Shown here one piece after another: positions 63,713-64,000 of a stretch of 64,000 nt of DNA. Under the pieces are notes generated by a model. It was given only the letters and a program-made list of their open reading frames with translations, ran no database searches and was not told the origin of the DNA. The translations under genes were made by a program, and so were the position numbers. The stretch's first letter is position 1. Each line of letters starts with the position of its first letter. This DNA is from Octopus sinensis (lineage: Eukaryota), in contig NC_042998.1 of the NCBI RefSeq assembly GCF_006345805.1, positions 50,158,001-50,222,000 on the forward strand, read 5' to 3'.

Positions 63713-64000
63713 TGGCTGGATTGATTGTATTAGGAAACACTCACACGCACACACACACATTGGCATGCATGCACACTGATACACAAACACACTCACACAC
63801 ATATATGTGTGTATGTATATACATATATTTATGTTGTGTGTGTATAAAACAGACACGTATCAGTACATATGCAATCATTCACCTTTCCCTATGTCTCTAT
63901 CGATATGTTGATATCACTCTATTTTATGTATGTATGTTTATATGTATGTATGCATTTCCCTCTCTCTCTCTCTCTCTCATTATATGAGTGTGTGTGCGTG

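Noticed and set aside
3306-63987. Dozens of ORFs rich in Y/I/C/V/M/H/T (e.g. 3306-3833, 47991-48863, 59578-60105)
   Set aside because: They are translations of (TA)n, (TG)n, (CA)n and (TATG)n tracts, which lack stop codons in some frames

Overview
AT-rich, microsatellite-laden eukaryotic DNA, read as intronic or intergenic. The SINE and MITE families resemble those of Octopus/coleoid cephalopods (my inference from recognising the repeats, not a database result). I cannot support any intact host gene, tRNA, rRNA or CRISPR array, and almost all ORFs in the track are translated microsatellites. All recognisable coding sequence is transposon debris: a 5'-truncated Tx1/L1-clade LINE (49628-51653, RT plus CCHC finger), a full-length but dead DD37D Tc1/mariner (26673-27905), a Helitron PIF1-type helicase fragment, two RLE-type LINE fragments, an RTE-like 3' end and a probable Penelope-like ORF start. 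There are also about 40 copies of tRNA-derived SINEs (working names A, B, C, E) and several MITEs (hAT, mariner, piggyBac-like, Helitron). Two patterns stand out. (1) Fold-back inverted repeats carry type I hammerhead-ribozyme-like motifs at or near their apex (1246-1356, 58147-58574, 63043-63171 with its relative at 43741-43868, and partially 57676-58054), consistent with head-to-head Penelope-like termini. (2) A SINE-B subfamily has a 3' tail resembling the 3' end of the Tx1 LINE in this window and forms 184-bp multimers joined at the same nucleotide at three separate loci. Coordinates and identities were read by eye, so repeat boundaries are approximate.
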